Shown: positions 26,184-35,142 of the stretch, piece by piece
Position numbering within the stretch: the stretch's first letter is position 1
Layout: the number at the start of each line of letters is the position of its first letter
IMG/VR virus record: IMGVR_UViG_3300020044_005136
Span: 1-61,383 of that record
Length of the DNA stretch: 61,383 bases
Strand: one strand, 5' to 3'
DNA from: a virus
Lineage: Duplodnaviria; Caudoviricetes
Notes under the pieces: generated by a model
The model's input: the letters and a program-made list of their open reading frames with translations, nothing else
Database searches by the model: none
Told to the model about the DNA's origin: nothing
Made by a program: the position numbers and the translations under genes

Positions 26184-29099
26184 TTATGCGGGCATTAATT
26201 TAGTAGCACGAACTTCCGGAGCCTGTGATGACCTGCCGGTACGAGCCTTGCGAATTCTATTCATCATTGCGTAAAGCTGTTTTGAGCCAGCCTTAGATGA
26301 TCCATTGCCTAAATGGGAAACAATATCAGCAGGAATAACAAACTCCCCATCTGCCAATCTTGCTGGCTGCTTATCCCCAATCATAGCTGGAATGCTATCA
26401 CTCATACCATCACCAGGACCATCTAACATACGCGGGTTTTTTGGACTATTTCCACCTGTAGCATATGAAGCCATGCCACCACCAGCCATCCCATAATTTT
26501 GTGGGAGTGGGTTGCTACGCATAATCTCTTCAACACGGCGTCGCATCTGCTCATTCTTTTCGTCTTCAACAGCTTTAATATCTGCTGCTTCTTTTGCAAA
26601 TTTCTCTTCGGCGTTTATTGCGGCTACCCCAGCTCCACCCACAGAAGTTGCGGTCAGCGCGTTTTGCATTCCTAAGTTTGGCCCTTCAGCGGCGTTCTTC
26701 GCCATTGTTTCTGTAAATGTTTTTCGTGCCGCAGGATCAGTTGCTATATTGTACGCAGTCGTCCCCATATCTTTAGCTGAACTAGCAATCTTAGTACCAT
26801 AGTCAGATACTGCTGCTAGCCCCCTATTAATTACATTTCCGGGTATTTGCTCTGCCGCCGCTTGTCCTGCTGCTGCGTTAATAGCTGGTGCTGCTTGTCG
26901 GTATGCAATAGAAGCCCCACCCTTTGCTGCTGCTTCTGCTGCTGCGGCTTTAGCTGCATCTGTAACAGGGGCAAGTCCACCTTGCATAACATTATCAATA
27001 CCAGCACCACCCGCCCTAACTGCTAATTCCGGAGTATTAGCAGCAACATATTGCTTGGCGATTGAGCCGTATCCTTGACCAATTTGCGAAGGATCAACTA
27101 AAGACTTTGCTGCTTGTGCTGCGCTAGCCCCTGAAGATGCTGCGTTTGTTGCTGCACTTGCGGCTTTAGTTGCTTCAGCTAAACTTCCTACGCCAAAACT
27201 CATAAGGCCCTGCATTAAACCTTTTTTAAGGTTAAACCCACCACCACTTGTGGCACCAGCTAACCCAGAAATTCCAGCTGAAGCAAGTGCGCCGAGCCCA
27301 GTAAATGGAAGCACAAACGGCACAACCTTCATAATATTTCTAAACAACTTACTAAACCAACCTGCCTCTGGAAGCCCAGTGTGTGGGTTAATTGGAAGAT
27401 CATGCCCTTGAGCATGAGCCAAAGCCCGAAGTCCATGAACTTCATCTGGCGTCATATGCACCAGCATGGAATCTTCTCCACGCCCTTTGCTTGCCAAGTG
27501 TTGTGCTGCATTACGTAAGCCATGCGACTGCGGCACTCTTCCGCCACGCGCCATATTCACAGAGCCCCCTTCAGTTTGACCTGCCATGTATTCTGCATAA
27601 TCTTGGTTCTCGCCAACATAGCCCCCGCCTGCACCTGTTTTAACTACTTCACCTTCAGTAGTATCTTCTGTCAACATAGGGTCTTTAGTTGTGTACGTTG
27701 TTTCTGGTGTAAACACTGCGGCATAATCTTCAGGCGAAACAAACTTCGTACCTAAATCTTTTGCAGTAACAGGAGCCATCGGAGTACCACCCATATATGC
27801 AGGTGTGCCAAAGTCTGTAGGCCCTTGAAGCGTTGCCGCTTCTCTACGTGGGGTAATTCCTTGAATGCCAGTAGGCACACGGTACTCTTGGCTACCTAAC
27901 ATACTGTTAACCAATTGATCCCTTGTTACGTTTTGGCCTTGGTAATAATCTAACCCACCCGTATCACCTGCACGACCAAGTGTCTGAAGGTACAGTTGAT
28001 TGATCTGATCTCTGCTTAATGTTTTTGGTGAAGTAGTAGTTTGCGTTGTTGCCCCACCTGTATTAGTAGTTGCCCCGCCTGTATTGGTAGTTATCCCACC
28101 TGTATCTGTTGTAGTTGGATTTTGCGTTGCATACCAGTTTTTTGCTTCTGTCGTTCCACTAATATCAGACTGTAGTTGCGCAAGCGTTTTTCCACCGTTA
28201 GTTAATTGATTAATGTAGAACCCAATATCATCTTCAGTTGGGGCCCTACCAAGATAACTGTTGAAAGTACTTTCAATATCAGCACGCGCTTTAGCCGCGC
28301 CAGCGTACCCAGTGTAGTCTCCTGAAACTTCAGGGGATGGATTAATTACTACATCACTTACATTGGTAGCTATATCAGTATCGCCAGTGTTGGTATTGGT
28401 ATTGGTATTGGTGTTGGTGTTTGCGCCAGAATCAGTAGTGCTAGTTTTAGAAGCTATTTCTTTTTTAGTAGAAGCTGAGTTAAGAAACTTAGCAAGCTCT
28501 GTAGCATCTACTTCATTACCAAACTGTTTTGTCCACGACGCCAATCCACCCGCATCAGCCTCACGCCCAAGGTATTTTGTATAAAGATCAGCAACTGTAA
28601 GCGCTGGGGTTCCGCCGGTATTTGTATTAGCGCCTGTAGCGCCTGTATTTGTGCTTGTGTTTAATTGCTGCAATGGAATGTTTGCCATCTCAGCTTTAGT
28701 AGAAGCCGCGCCTAAAAATCTAGCAAGTTCATTTGCGTCTACTGTTTGCCCAAATTGTTTTGTCCATGATTCCAAACCACCTGTATCAGCTTCACGCCCA
28801 AGGTATTTAGTATAGAGATCAGCAACTGTAGTAGGCTGCACACCAGCACCCATAGTTCCGGGGGCTACGGCCTGTCCTGACTGCATTGCAGCGGCTGAAC
28901 CTGTAGGGGCTTGTGAAGCTAAAAAAGCACGACCTTCTTCAGACCCAGCTAATTGCGCCTTTAAATCAGCTAGACTAAGGTTAGGATTAGTATAAAACTG
29001 AAGGCCACCGGCATCTGGGGCTCGGCCTAGAATATCTCTATAAGCCTGACTTACTTCCCCGCCAGTGACGTAGTTTTGCAGCGCGCCTAATCCGTTCAT
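26184..29099 (-). CDS. Internal virion protein with DUF4214-like repeats
   Basis: Five LY/F..YLGRxxDxGGLxxW/Y repeats; DSMLVHMTP..INPHTGLPEA; C-terminal GPGDGMSDSIPA..LADGEFV. Confidence 0.7.
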   Translation of the reverse strand: MNGLGALQNYVTGGEVSQAYRDILGRAPDAGGLQFYTNPNLSLADLKAQLAGSEEGRAFLASQAPTGSAAAMQSGQAVAPGTMGAGVQPTTVADLYTKYLGREADTGGLESWTKQFGQTVDANELARFLGAASTKAEMANIPLQQLNTSTNTGATGANTNTGGTPALTVADLYTKYLGREADAGGLASWTKQFGNEVDATELAKFLNSASTKKEIASKTSTTDSGANTNTNTNTNTNTGDTDIATNVSDVVINPSPEVSGDYTGYAGAAKARADIESTFNSYLGRAPTEDDIGFYINQLTNGGKTLAQLQSDISGTTEAKNWYATQNPTTTDTGGITTNTGGATTNTGGATTQTTTSPKTLSRDQINQLYLQTLGRAGDTGGLDYYQGQNVTRDQLVNSMLGSQEYRVPTGIQGITPRREAATLQGPTDFGTPAYMGGTPMAPVTAKDLGTKFVSPEDYAAVFTPETTYTTKDPMLTEDTTEGEVVKTGAGGGYVGENQDYAEYMAGQTEGGSVNMARGGRVPQSHGLRNAAQHLASKGRGEDSMLVHMTPDEVHGLRALAHAQGHDLPINPHTGLPEAGWFSKLFRNIMKVVPFVLPFTGLGALASAGISGLAGATSGGGFNLKKGLMQGLMSFGVGSLAEATKAASAATNAASSGASAAQAAKSLVDPSQIGQGYGSIAKQYVAANTPELAVRAGGAGIDNVMQGGLAPVTDAAKAAAAEAAAKGGASIAYRQAAPAINAAAGQAAAEQIPGNVINRGLAAVSDYGTKIASSAKDMGTTAYNIATDPAARKTFTETMAKNAAEGPNLGMQNALTATSVGGAGVAAINAEEKFAKEAADIKAVEDEKNEQMRRRVEEIMRSNPLPQNYGMAGGGMASYATGGNSPKNPRMLDGPGDGMSDSIPAMIGDKQPARLADGEFVIPADIVSHLGNGSSKAGSKQLYAMMNRIRKARTGRSSQAPEVRATKLMPA
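28388..28422. repeat. Hexamer microsatellite (TTGGTR)n encoding poly-(TN)
   Basis: gtgttggtattggtattggtattggtgttggtgttt. Confidence 0.75.
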
Positions 29100-29359
29100 G
29101 TTTTCACCTTTAATACGTTGCTTGCTGTGGTATCCATATACACATCACCCACACGCAAATTTGCTAGGTCAACCTGAGTTGGTATTGTTACCGACCCCTC
29201 CCTAACACTAAGAGATAAGTTATCCACAACTATTCCAGAACTGGAATCAAGCTGTTTAAAGTACAAGTTAAGTACGCGCACAAGTTGATCTGCATACTCA
29301 CGGCTATAAGCTTGAGGGGCAAGTGGAAGAGCAGGAGCCGTAAACCTTTTAAGTCCCAT
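29096..29359 (-). CDS. Small conserved virion protein
   Basis: PALPLAP..Y..QLVRVLNLYF motif; follows the gp10-like gene. Confidence 0.7.
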   Translation of the reverse strand: MGLKRFTAPALPLAPQAYSREYADQLVRVLNLYFKQLDSSSGIVVDNLSLSVREGSVTIPTQVDLANLRVGDVYMDTTASNVLKVKT

Positions 29360-29361
29360 AA

Positions 29362-31224
29362 TTATCTCTTACCATCTGCACGAGCATCCAATCTTGGAGT
29401 GCCAAGTTGCCATTGGGTATTAAGCGCACTGGATTCTATTTTAAACCCCATCTGCCGCGCTCTAACTCTTATAAATACCTGCTCAGTATAGACATTTGAT
29501 GACGTTTCTACCACACTTTTTGGGGCAACTATTGTGTATGCAGCGCCGGGGTAGTTATGTGGGGTTAATGTAATAGCAACAGTAGGGGCATCTGCGGTAG
29601 AGCCGCCAAAGTTAATGTCCGGAATAATCCGTTTAACCAACATAAAATGCTCACCGTCTTCGATGTCAAAGTCGGAAGATGTAATGTAGGCAGACATTGG
29701 CAACGTATCAGCATTGGTACCTTGCTCGTGGTTCAGAATGTAATGCGAACCTACTGCCTGTGGGTACTGACGCAATGGGCTATCTAACCAAGCAGTACGA
29801 TCCATAGTACCGTAGTACCAAACCTGCTCAAAGTAGTTGTAGATGACGTAGGCGTTTACCGTATTGCTGTTTGCCGTAGGATAGAACCACCATACTTCAT
29901 GGTATCCCTCATTAGTTCCAGAGATAATCTGGTCAATCTGGTCATAGTTTAAGTTAAGGAATACGTGGTCACGCAGCGTACAGGGGAGTGTATCAACCCG
30001 CCCACTATACACATAGAACTTATCTTGCCCCATCCAGAACGTAAGATTGTTGGCTGTAGCTACAGCGCGAGGACCAATAATAGAGGTGTTAGAGCCAAGT
30101 TCCTGCAAGCTAAATACATCTGTTGTACCCAAGTACTGAAGTGAATACAGCGCCGTATCAGTCCAAACAAGAATCTCTTGCCGAGTCCGCATAGCTCGGA
30201 CAATCTTAGAGCCGTTCGTGGCCCGAGCAAAGCCAGCAGAATTACTAGATAGTGGCCGCCAGTTAGCAGGTTCATCTTGGCTAGCCCAACGAATAAGCAT
30301 TGGGTCAAACTGCGGCACAGCCCCAGATGCGTAGTATGGCGTAGCACCAAAAGCAATTAGGTGTTTATCGTTCTGCGAGTTTAGTACCTGCATAGCCAAC
30401 TCTGGCACGTTTGCCGCACCAACTACCGCAGATAAAAGAATAGCCGGCGTGTTTAAAGCAGAAACTGGACTAGTCCCACTTCCGCGAGTCCAATAATAAA
30501 TAGCCCCATTCCGGATATTCATTACAAGGTCATTGTCAAAGTTATCAAACCACCAATCAGTTTGGTTGACCGCAATTGGCTGATTAGAACCTACGCCCCA
30601 ACCATTAACACCCCATCCATCTGTGCCCCAACCATAACCAAACGCAGAGGCTTCATTGCCAACGTGAATCTGAAACTTTGCAAAGATACTCGTACCACCA
30701 CCAGCGGCAACAGTTGAAGTAGCGGCTGTAGCTACAGAAAAGGTAAACGTATTTGTAGTTACATTAGTAATTAAATGTGTTGTGTTTATGGCAGTAGCAG
30801 CAATACCGCCCACTGCGTTAGACCCACTAAAGATTACATAGTCCCCAGCATTAGCGCCGTGCGCAGCAATAGTAGCGGTGATTACTAATGAGCCGTTTGT
30901 TGTGGCTAGGCAGTTATTTGTAGCTGGAGATGAGAAAGTAGCCCGAATAGGCGTGATGTCATACAGGATTGTGCCGGCCTCAATATAGACTTTGGCGTTA
31001 GTTCCAAGCGCAAGGAAGTTATCGTTGTATGAAGTTATCCAGCCAAACATCTGCCGGCATATCCCAATAAGCGCATTAGCTGAATACTTAAGCCAGCCAC
31101 CAATCTTCTGTGGCTTACCAGAGCGGAACCTAACTTTATCGCATTCATACCAACCACCCTCATTACTGTAGTTGGTTTGGTCCCTGTTTAACCCAGGTTT
31201 AAAGTTTAATTTTTGGAATGCCAT
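29362..31224 (-). CDS. Tail hub / packaged-DNA stabilisation protein (P22 gp10-like)
   Basis: FKPG..VRFR..KIGGW N-terminus, DPMLIRW, R.RARQ..DGKR C-terminus. Confidence 0.7.
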   Translation of the reverse strand: MAFQKLNFKPGLNRDQTNYSNEGGWYECDKVRFRSGKPQKIGGWLKYSANALIGICRQMFGWITSYNDNFLALGTNAKVYIEAGTILYDITPIRATFSSPATNNCLATTNGSLVITATIAAHGANAGDYVIFSGSNAVGGIAATAINTTHLITNVTTNTFTFSVATAATSTVAAGGGTSIFAKFQIHVGNEASAFGYGWGTDGWGVNGWGVGSNQPIAVNQTDWWFDNFDNDLVMNIRNGAIYYWTRGSGTSPVSALNTPAILLSAVVGAANVPELAMQVLNSQNDKHLIAFGATPYYASGAVPQFDPMLIRWASQDEPANWRPLSSNSAGFARATNGSKIVRAMRTRQEILVWTDTALYSLQYLGTTDVFSLQELGSNTSIIGPRAVATANNLTFWMGQDKFYVYSGRVDTLPCTLRDHVFLNLNYDQIDQIISGTNEGYHEVWWFYPTANSNTVNAYVIYNYFEQVWYYGTMDRTAWLDSPLRQYPQAVGSHYILNHEQGTNADTLPMSAYITSSDFDIEDGEHFMLVKRIIPDINFGGSTADAPTVAITLTPHNYPGAAYTIVAPKSVVETSSNVYTEQVFIRVRARQMGFKIESSALNTQWQLGTPRLDARADGKR

Positions 31225-31227
31225 TGG

Positions 31228-31707
31228 CTACCCACTTATGTACATTACTCGTTCATCGTTTCGGCGTTTAACCAAACCCTTAAGAACTTTTCCACCAGCT
31301 TTGGTGTACTTTAAAAACTCTTGCGCCGCACCCTCAAAGTCACCTCTATTGTGCTTTTGCCTAAGAGTACTTCGTTGCAGCGTGCCTAACCCTAAATTAA
31401 AACTAAAGCTGACCAATGCGTCCAGCTGCCCTTGAGAAGTAATAATAGGACAATACTTTGATACGCCTCTGATAAACCTTTCAAGGTCTTTAGCAAGTAT
31501 GGCATCTGCTTCCTGTATTGTAAATTGCCTATTCCAGCCTTCCGGTATAGGCAGGTTCTTCCTTTGCTCCAACGGTATTCTGGTGTGGTTCGGGTCGCAT
31601 ACATGCCCAACAAGGCATGTCCACAAAAGTGCGGGGCAACGGTACGGTCTGAGCTTTATACCCTCGTGGTGGCGGATCATCTTCAGGCATTGTGGGCTGA
31701 CGTTCAT
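31228..31707 (-). CDS. Endolysin, GH24 lysozyme
   Basis: HEG..YRC...WT..GH catalytic region; DALVSFSFNLG; GLVKRR. Confidence 0.9.
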   Translation of the reverse strand: MNVSPQCLKMIRHHEGIKLRPYRCPALLWTCLVGHVCDPNHTRIPLEQRKNLPIPEGWNRQFTIQEADAILAKDLERFIRGVSKYCPIITSQGQLDALVSFSFNLGLGTLQRSTLRQKHNRGDFEGAAQEFLKYTKAGGKVLKGLVKRRNDERVMYISG

Positions 31708-31889
31708 TGAGGGCACCGACGCTCAAAATCTTTTCGCTTTAATATTAGTTGGCTGTAACTTGTTTCTGGATGAGCATTAGAATACTCCCTCTGTGCCGCC
31801 TCTACACAATCTGCGTGCTTATCCGCACAGCCAAAAATATGGAACGCTACAAGAATACACAGCAGAACCAGTATTAATAGGCGGGTCAT
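31704..31889 (-). CDS. Small lipoprotein-like lysis-cassette protein
   Basis: Hydrophobic N-terminus followed by FGC. Confidence 0.5.
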   Translation of the reverse strand: MTRLLILVLLCILVAFHIFGCADKHADCVEAAQREYSNAHPETSYSQLILKRKDFERRCPQ

Positions 31890-32401
31890 TTACCAAACGC
31901 CCTACCACCAAAGTGAAACGCAATTATTGAGGCAAATAGAGCCTGAGTCTCAGAGTCCCATAACATATCGGCAAGTTCTTTAAACGGAACATTGTTGTAC
32001 CAGCCATAAGAAAACAGGCCAACATCAACAAATACCAGCAATCCAAAGAAGCCAAAGGTAATCACAGGGCGGACACTAGCGCGGAAGTTCTTCATCCACT
32101 GGCTAGTTCCCTCGTTCAGACTCATGTCGTGGGCGTAGATAGCCTGTACTTCTGCTTGCTGGGCGCTGATTAAGGATTGCTGTGTATCTGCCGAGGACTG
32201 AATCTTTATCTCGTCAAGTTTGATCTCTTCAATCTTAGCCTGACCCGCATAGCCTGCCGCAGCTAACTGCATCTCACGTTCAGTCTGCATGGCGGCCATC
32301 TTTAGCTCATGCCCTTTGTCTGCACGGTCTTGGAAGAAGTCCAGAATCTTAGGCAAACCACCCATCAAGAAACTTACTAGAGTAGAAAGTAGTGTCAGCA
32401 T
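31886..32401 (-). CDS. Holin-like membrane protein
   Basis: RASVRPVIT, TM helices and FHFGGR end; next to the lysozyme. Confidence 0.65.
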   Translation of the reverse strand: MLTLLSTLVSFLMGGLPKILDFFQDRADKGHELKMAAMQTEREMQLAAAGYAGQAKIEEIKLDEIKIQSSADTQQSLISAQQAEVQAIYAHDMSLNEGTSQWMKNFRASVRPVITFGFFGLLVFVDVGLFSYGWYNNVPFKELADMLWDSETQALFASIIAFHFGGRAFGK

Positions 32402-32934
32402 TATTCGTCACCCCCGTGTCTAAACATCCACCAAACTGCATACATAATGAAGCTGCTGATCGCTACGCCAAACACCACCGCCAGCCACTCTTGAATATCT
32501 TGGATACGCTGCTCTTTTTTGCGCTCAATTGCCCGCAGGCGCATACGCTCAAGCCTAGCTTCTTCCTCAATAGCATCACGCCGCTCTTGGATAATCTGGT
32601 CACGGCGTTGGCACATCTCTTCGTACAAGCCAGACTCATTGCCCGAGCCGTAGATCAGAGCCTCACGTAGCTCCACTTCCATCTTAAACATCTGCCTACT
32701 AGCAAACATTGCATCAAGCGCCTCGGCAGTAGCGTCTTTCTGTACTAACTTACCTAACTTCTTGTCATGCTCCTGCTGAACTACTGCCGCCTGTATCTCA
32801 CCCTGTGCCGTAAAAAAGGCACTAATATCGTGGTAGCACTCCTGTACCTCTTTGCCGAGGGCGATTGCCTCTTTTACGCCAGCAACTGCCGCCTTTGCTA
32901 CTGCGAACGCTGCCCCGATTGTGATTGGGTCCAT
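32401..32934 (-). CDS. Coiled-coil protein with C-terminal TM helix
   Basis: MDPITI N-terminus; C-terminal hydrophobic helix. Confidence 0.7.
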   Translation of the reverse strand: MDPITIGAAFAVAKAAVAGVKEAIALGKEVQECYHDISAFFTAQGEIQAAVVQQEHDKKLGKLVQKDATAEALDAMFASRQMFKMEVELREALIYGSGNESGLYEEMCQRRDQIIQERRDAIEEEARLERMRLRAIERKKEQRIQDIQEWLAVVFGVAISSFIMYAVWWMFRHGGDE

Positions 32935-32943
32935 AAGCCATTT

Positions 32944-35133
32944 TTATAAAGCAGCGATCATAAAGGCAAACAGCTCTTCGTAACGAATACCAAGCCGTGT
33001 ACGCTCCGTACCACCTTCTACAAACGTATTATGTACAACAATTTTGGTGCGCGGGACATCATTAATAACAGTGGTTTCTTCTCTCTCCCACCATGTATCT
33101 GAACAAAACATACCGTATTCCGCTGGGTTAAGACCTTCAGCTACAAACGCAGCCTGTACATCTTGGGCGATCACACCGACGTGGATTCGTGCTGCACTAC
33201 CTTTAGCGGCAACAGCATCCTTAAACCGGAACTTTTTAATCATCCCTTTTAAGTTTGTAGCTACACGAAGCTCGGCTGCATCCAGATCAGCAATATCTTG
33301 CTTGGTGTTTACGTCAGAAGTATTAATCGTGCCTGTTGTTGCATATACAGTTGTCCAGCGTAATGCTGCTGTACCAAGTGTGCGCACATTATCTGATGCT
33401 GGAGAAAACGCGGCTGAAGTCCAATCAGTAATACCAACGCTGGCAATATCCAAATTAACTGTAGAGCCCGACAAGTAAATAGAACTTGTTGTGCTGAAGT
33501 TATATGAAGTAGCAAGAATACTACTGAAAGTTTTAGTGCCCGCAAGTGTTTGAGCGCCTGTAGTAATAATGCCAGATGCTGTTGCTGATGCACTTGGAAT
33601 GGCGGCGTAGGAAACTGACGATGATCCTGATCCAGTTAGCGCACCTGTAGGGCCAGCGGTTGTCCCCGCAGTCCATGCATAAGTGGTCGGTATTCCTGTA
33701 ACAGCATGAGCGTGGGTGCCGGCAGAAACGGCATTGGTTGTTGCAGATGTCAGCGTGGTTGGCGTGCCCATCGTAACGCTACCGGAACCTGTAATGGTGG
33801 TAAACGTCATACCATTACCAGCAGCAACTGAAAATACTGTGCCGACCCCAGCGGTTGGCGTCTGCCATGTAGGAGCCGCAGCGCCATTAGATGTTAATAC
33901 TTGGCCCGCAGTCCCTTGCGCAGTGTAAGCATGTGCAGAACCATTTCCGTACCCAGCACCTCCAGCGGTTGGGGTTGCCGTGCTATTGGTGCCTCCACGA
34001 GCAATTGGTAAAGTACCACTAGAAATATTGCCCGTAGAAAGGCCAGTAATAGAGGCACCATCACCTGAAAACGCAACCGCTGTAATAGTGCCGCCAGAAA
34101 TAGTAGCGCCAGAATTATTTAAAAGTATGGTTCCGCTTGCGCCGGAATAAGTTGGAATAGCTAAGTTGGTGGAAGATAGTGGACCAGTAACATTACCTGC
34201 GGTAAAAGCCGCTGCATACCAGTTTGTACCGTTAGAAGTAAGCACCTGCCCATTCGTACCCGGGGCAATAGTATTTACTGCGCTGGTTCCATTACCAGTA
34301 AGCAGCCCATTTACAGAATGTGTTACCGCACCAGTACCACCATTAGCTACAGCAAGTGTGCCGCCCATCGTCAGCGTACCAGCACTAAGAATCGGGCCGC
34401 CTGTGAAGGTCATACCCGTTGTGCCACCAGACGCATTAACTGAAGACACGCTGCCACCACCGCCACCACTTGCCGCAGCCCATGCAGTATCAGTTCCGTT
34501 TGTGGTTAAGAACAGCCCATTACTACCGGCTTGAGCTGGCAGAAACGCATTTAAAGCCGCATTAGCTGTAACTTGTCCTGTACCACCATTAGCAATTGGC
34601 AGGGTTCCAGTAACATTAGTTACCAATGAACAGTACGCAGTTACAGCAGACCCAGTGCCACCAGACGTAATAGGAAGCGGGGAAGAAAGACTTAAGGTGC
34701 CAGCATACAGGGCGGATACGTAGTTAAACGCTTCAACCACATTATTAGAAACGCCATCATTGTAGGCATACACAAACATTGTTTTACCGCTAGGTACAGG
34801 CACCCCTGCGCCACCACTTGTCTTAACAATAATGGTCCGAGCTGTATTGTTCTCAACAATGTAAGGCTTATCAATTGATGGAACCGTTAGGCTACGTGTT
34901 GCTGTCAACGTGCCAGATACATTCAGGATAAAGTGCCGCGCAGTCTGCGAAGAGTTTGAATCCGTCAGCGTTAGCGTAAGGTCAGCATCTGAAGTAAACG
35001 CAACTTCTGCACGACCAACAATCGCTTCTTCTAAGGCTGTGCCCAGATTGGTGTTGGTAATATTGCCCCAGTAACCGGCTTGTTCGCCAGTACCAATCAG
35101 TTCAATTTTTAAGCTGCTGTATGTACTAGACAT
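32944..35133 (-). CDS. Tail fibre with C-terminal intramolecular chaperone (peptidase S74-like)
   Basis: LPIxxGGTG repeats; TSDVNTKQDI...HVGVIAQ...GIRYEEL. Confidence 0.85.
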   Translation of the reverse strand: MSSTYSSLKIELIGTGEQAGYWGNITNTNLGTALEEAIVGRAEVAFTSDADLTLTLTDSNSSQTARHFILNVSGTLTATRSLTVPSIDKPYIVENNTARTIIVKTSGGAGVPVPSGKTMFVYAYNDGVSNNVVEAFNYVSALYAGTLSLSSPLPITSGGTGSAVTAYCSLVTNVTGTLPIANGGTGQVTANAALNAFLPAQAGSNGLFLTTNGTDTAWAAASGGGGGSVSSVNASGGTTGMTFTGGPILSAGTLTMGGTLAVANGGTGAVTHSVNGLLTGNGTSAVNTIAPGTNGQVLTSNGTNWYAAAFTAGNVTGPLSSTNLAIPTYSGASGTILLNNSGATISGGTITAVAFSGDGASITGLSTGNISSGTLPIARGGTNSTATPTAGGAGYGNGSAHAYTAQGTAGQVLTSNGAAAPTWQTPTAGVGTVFSVAAGNGMTFTTITGSGSVTMGTPTTLTSATTNAVSAGTHAHAVTGIPTTYAWTAGTTAGPTGALTGSGSSSVSYAAIPSASATASGIITTGAQTLAGTKTFSSILATSYNFSTTSSIYLSGSTVNLDIASVGITDWTSAAFSPASDNVRTLGTAALRWTTVYATTGTINTSDVNTKQDIADLDAAELRVATNLKGMIKKFRFKDAVAAKGSAARIHVGVIAQDVQAAFVAEGLNPAEYGMFCSDTWWEREETTVINDVPRTKIVVHNTFVEGGTERTRLGIRYEELFAFMIAAL

Positions 35134-35142
35134 AATTTATCC

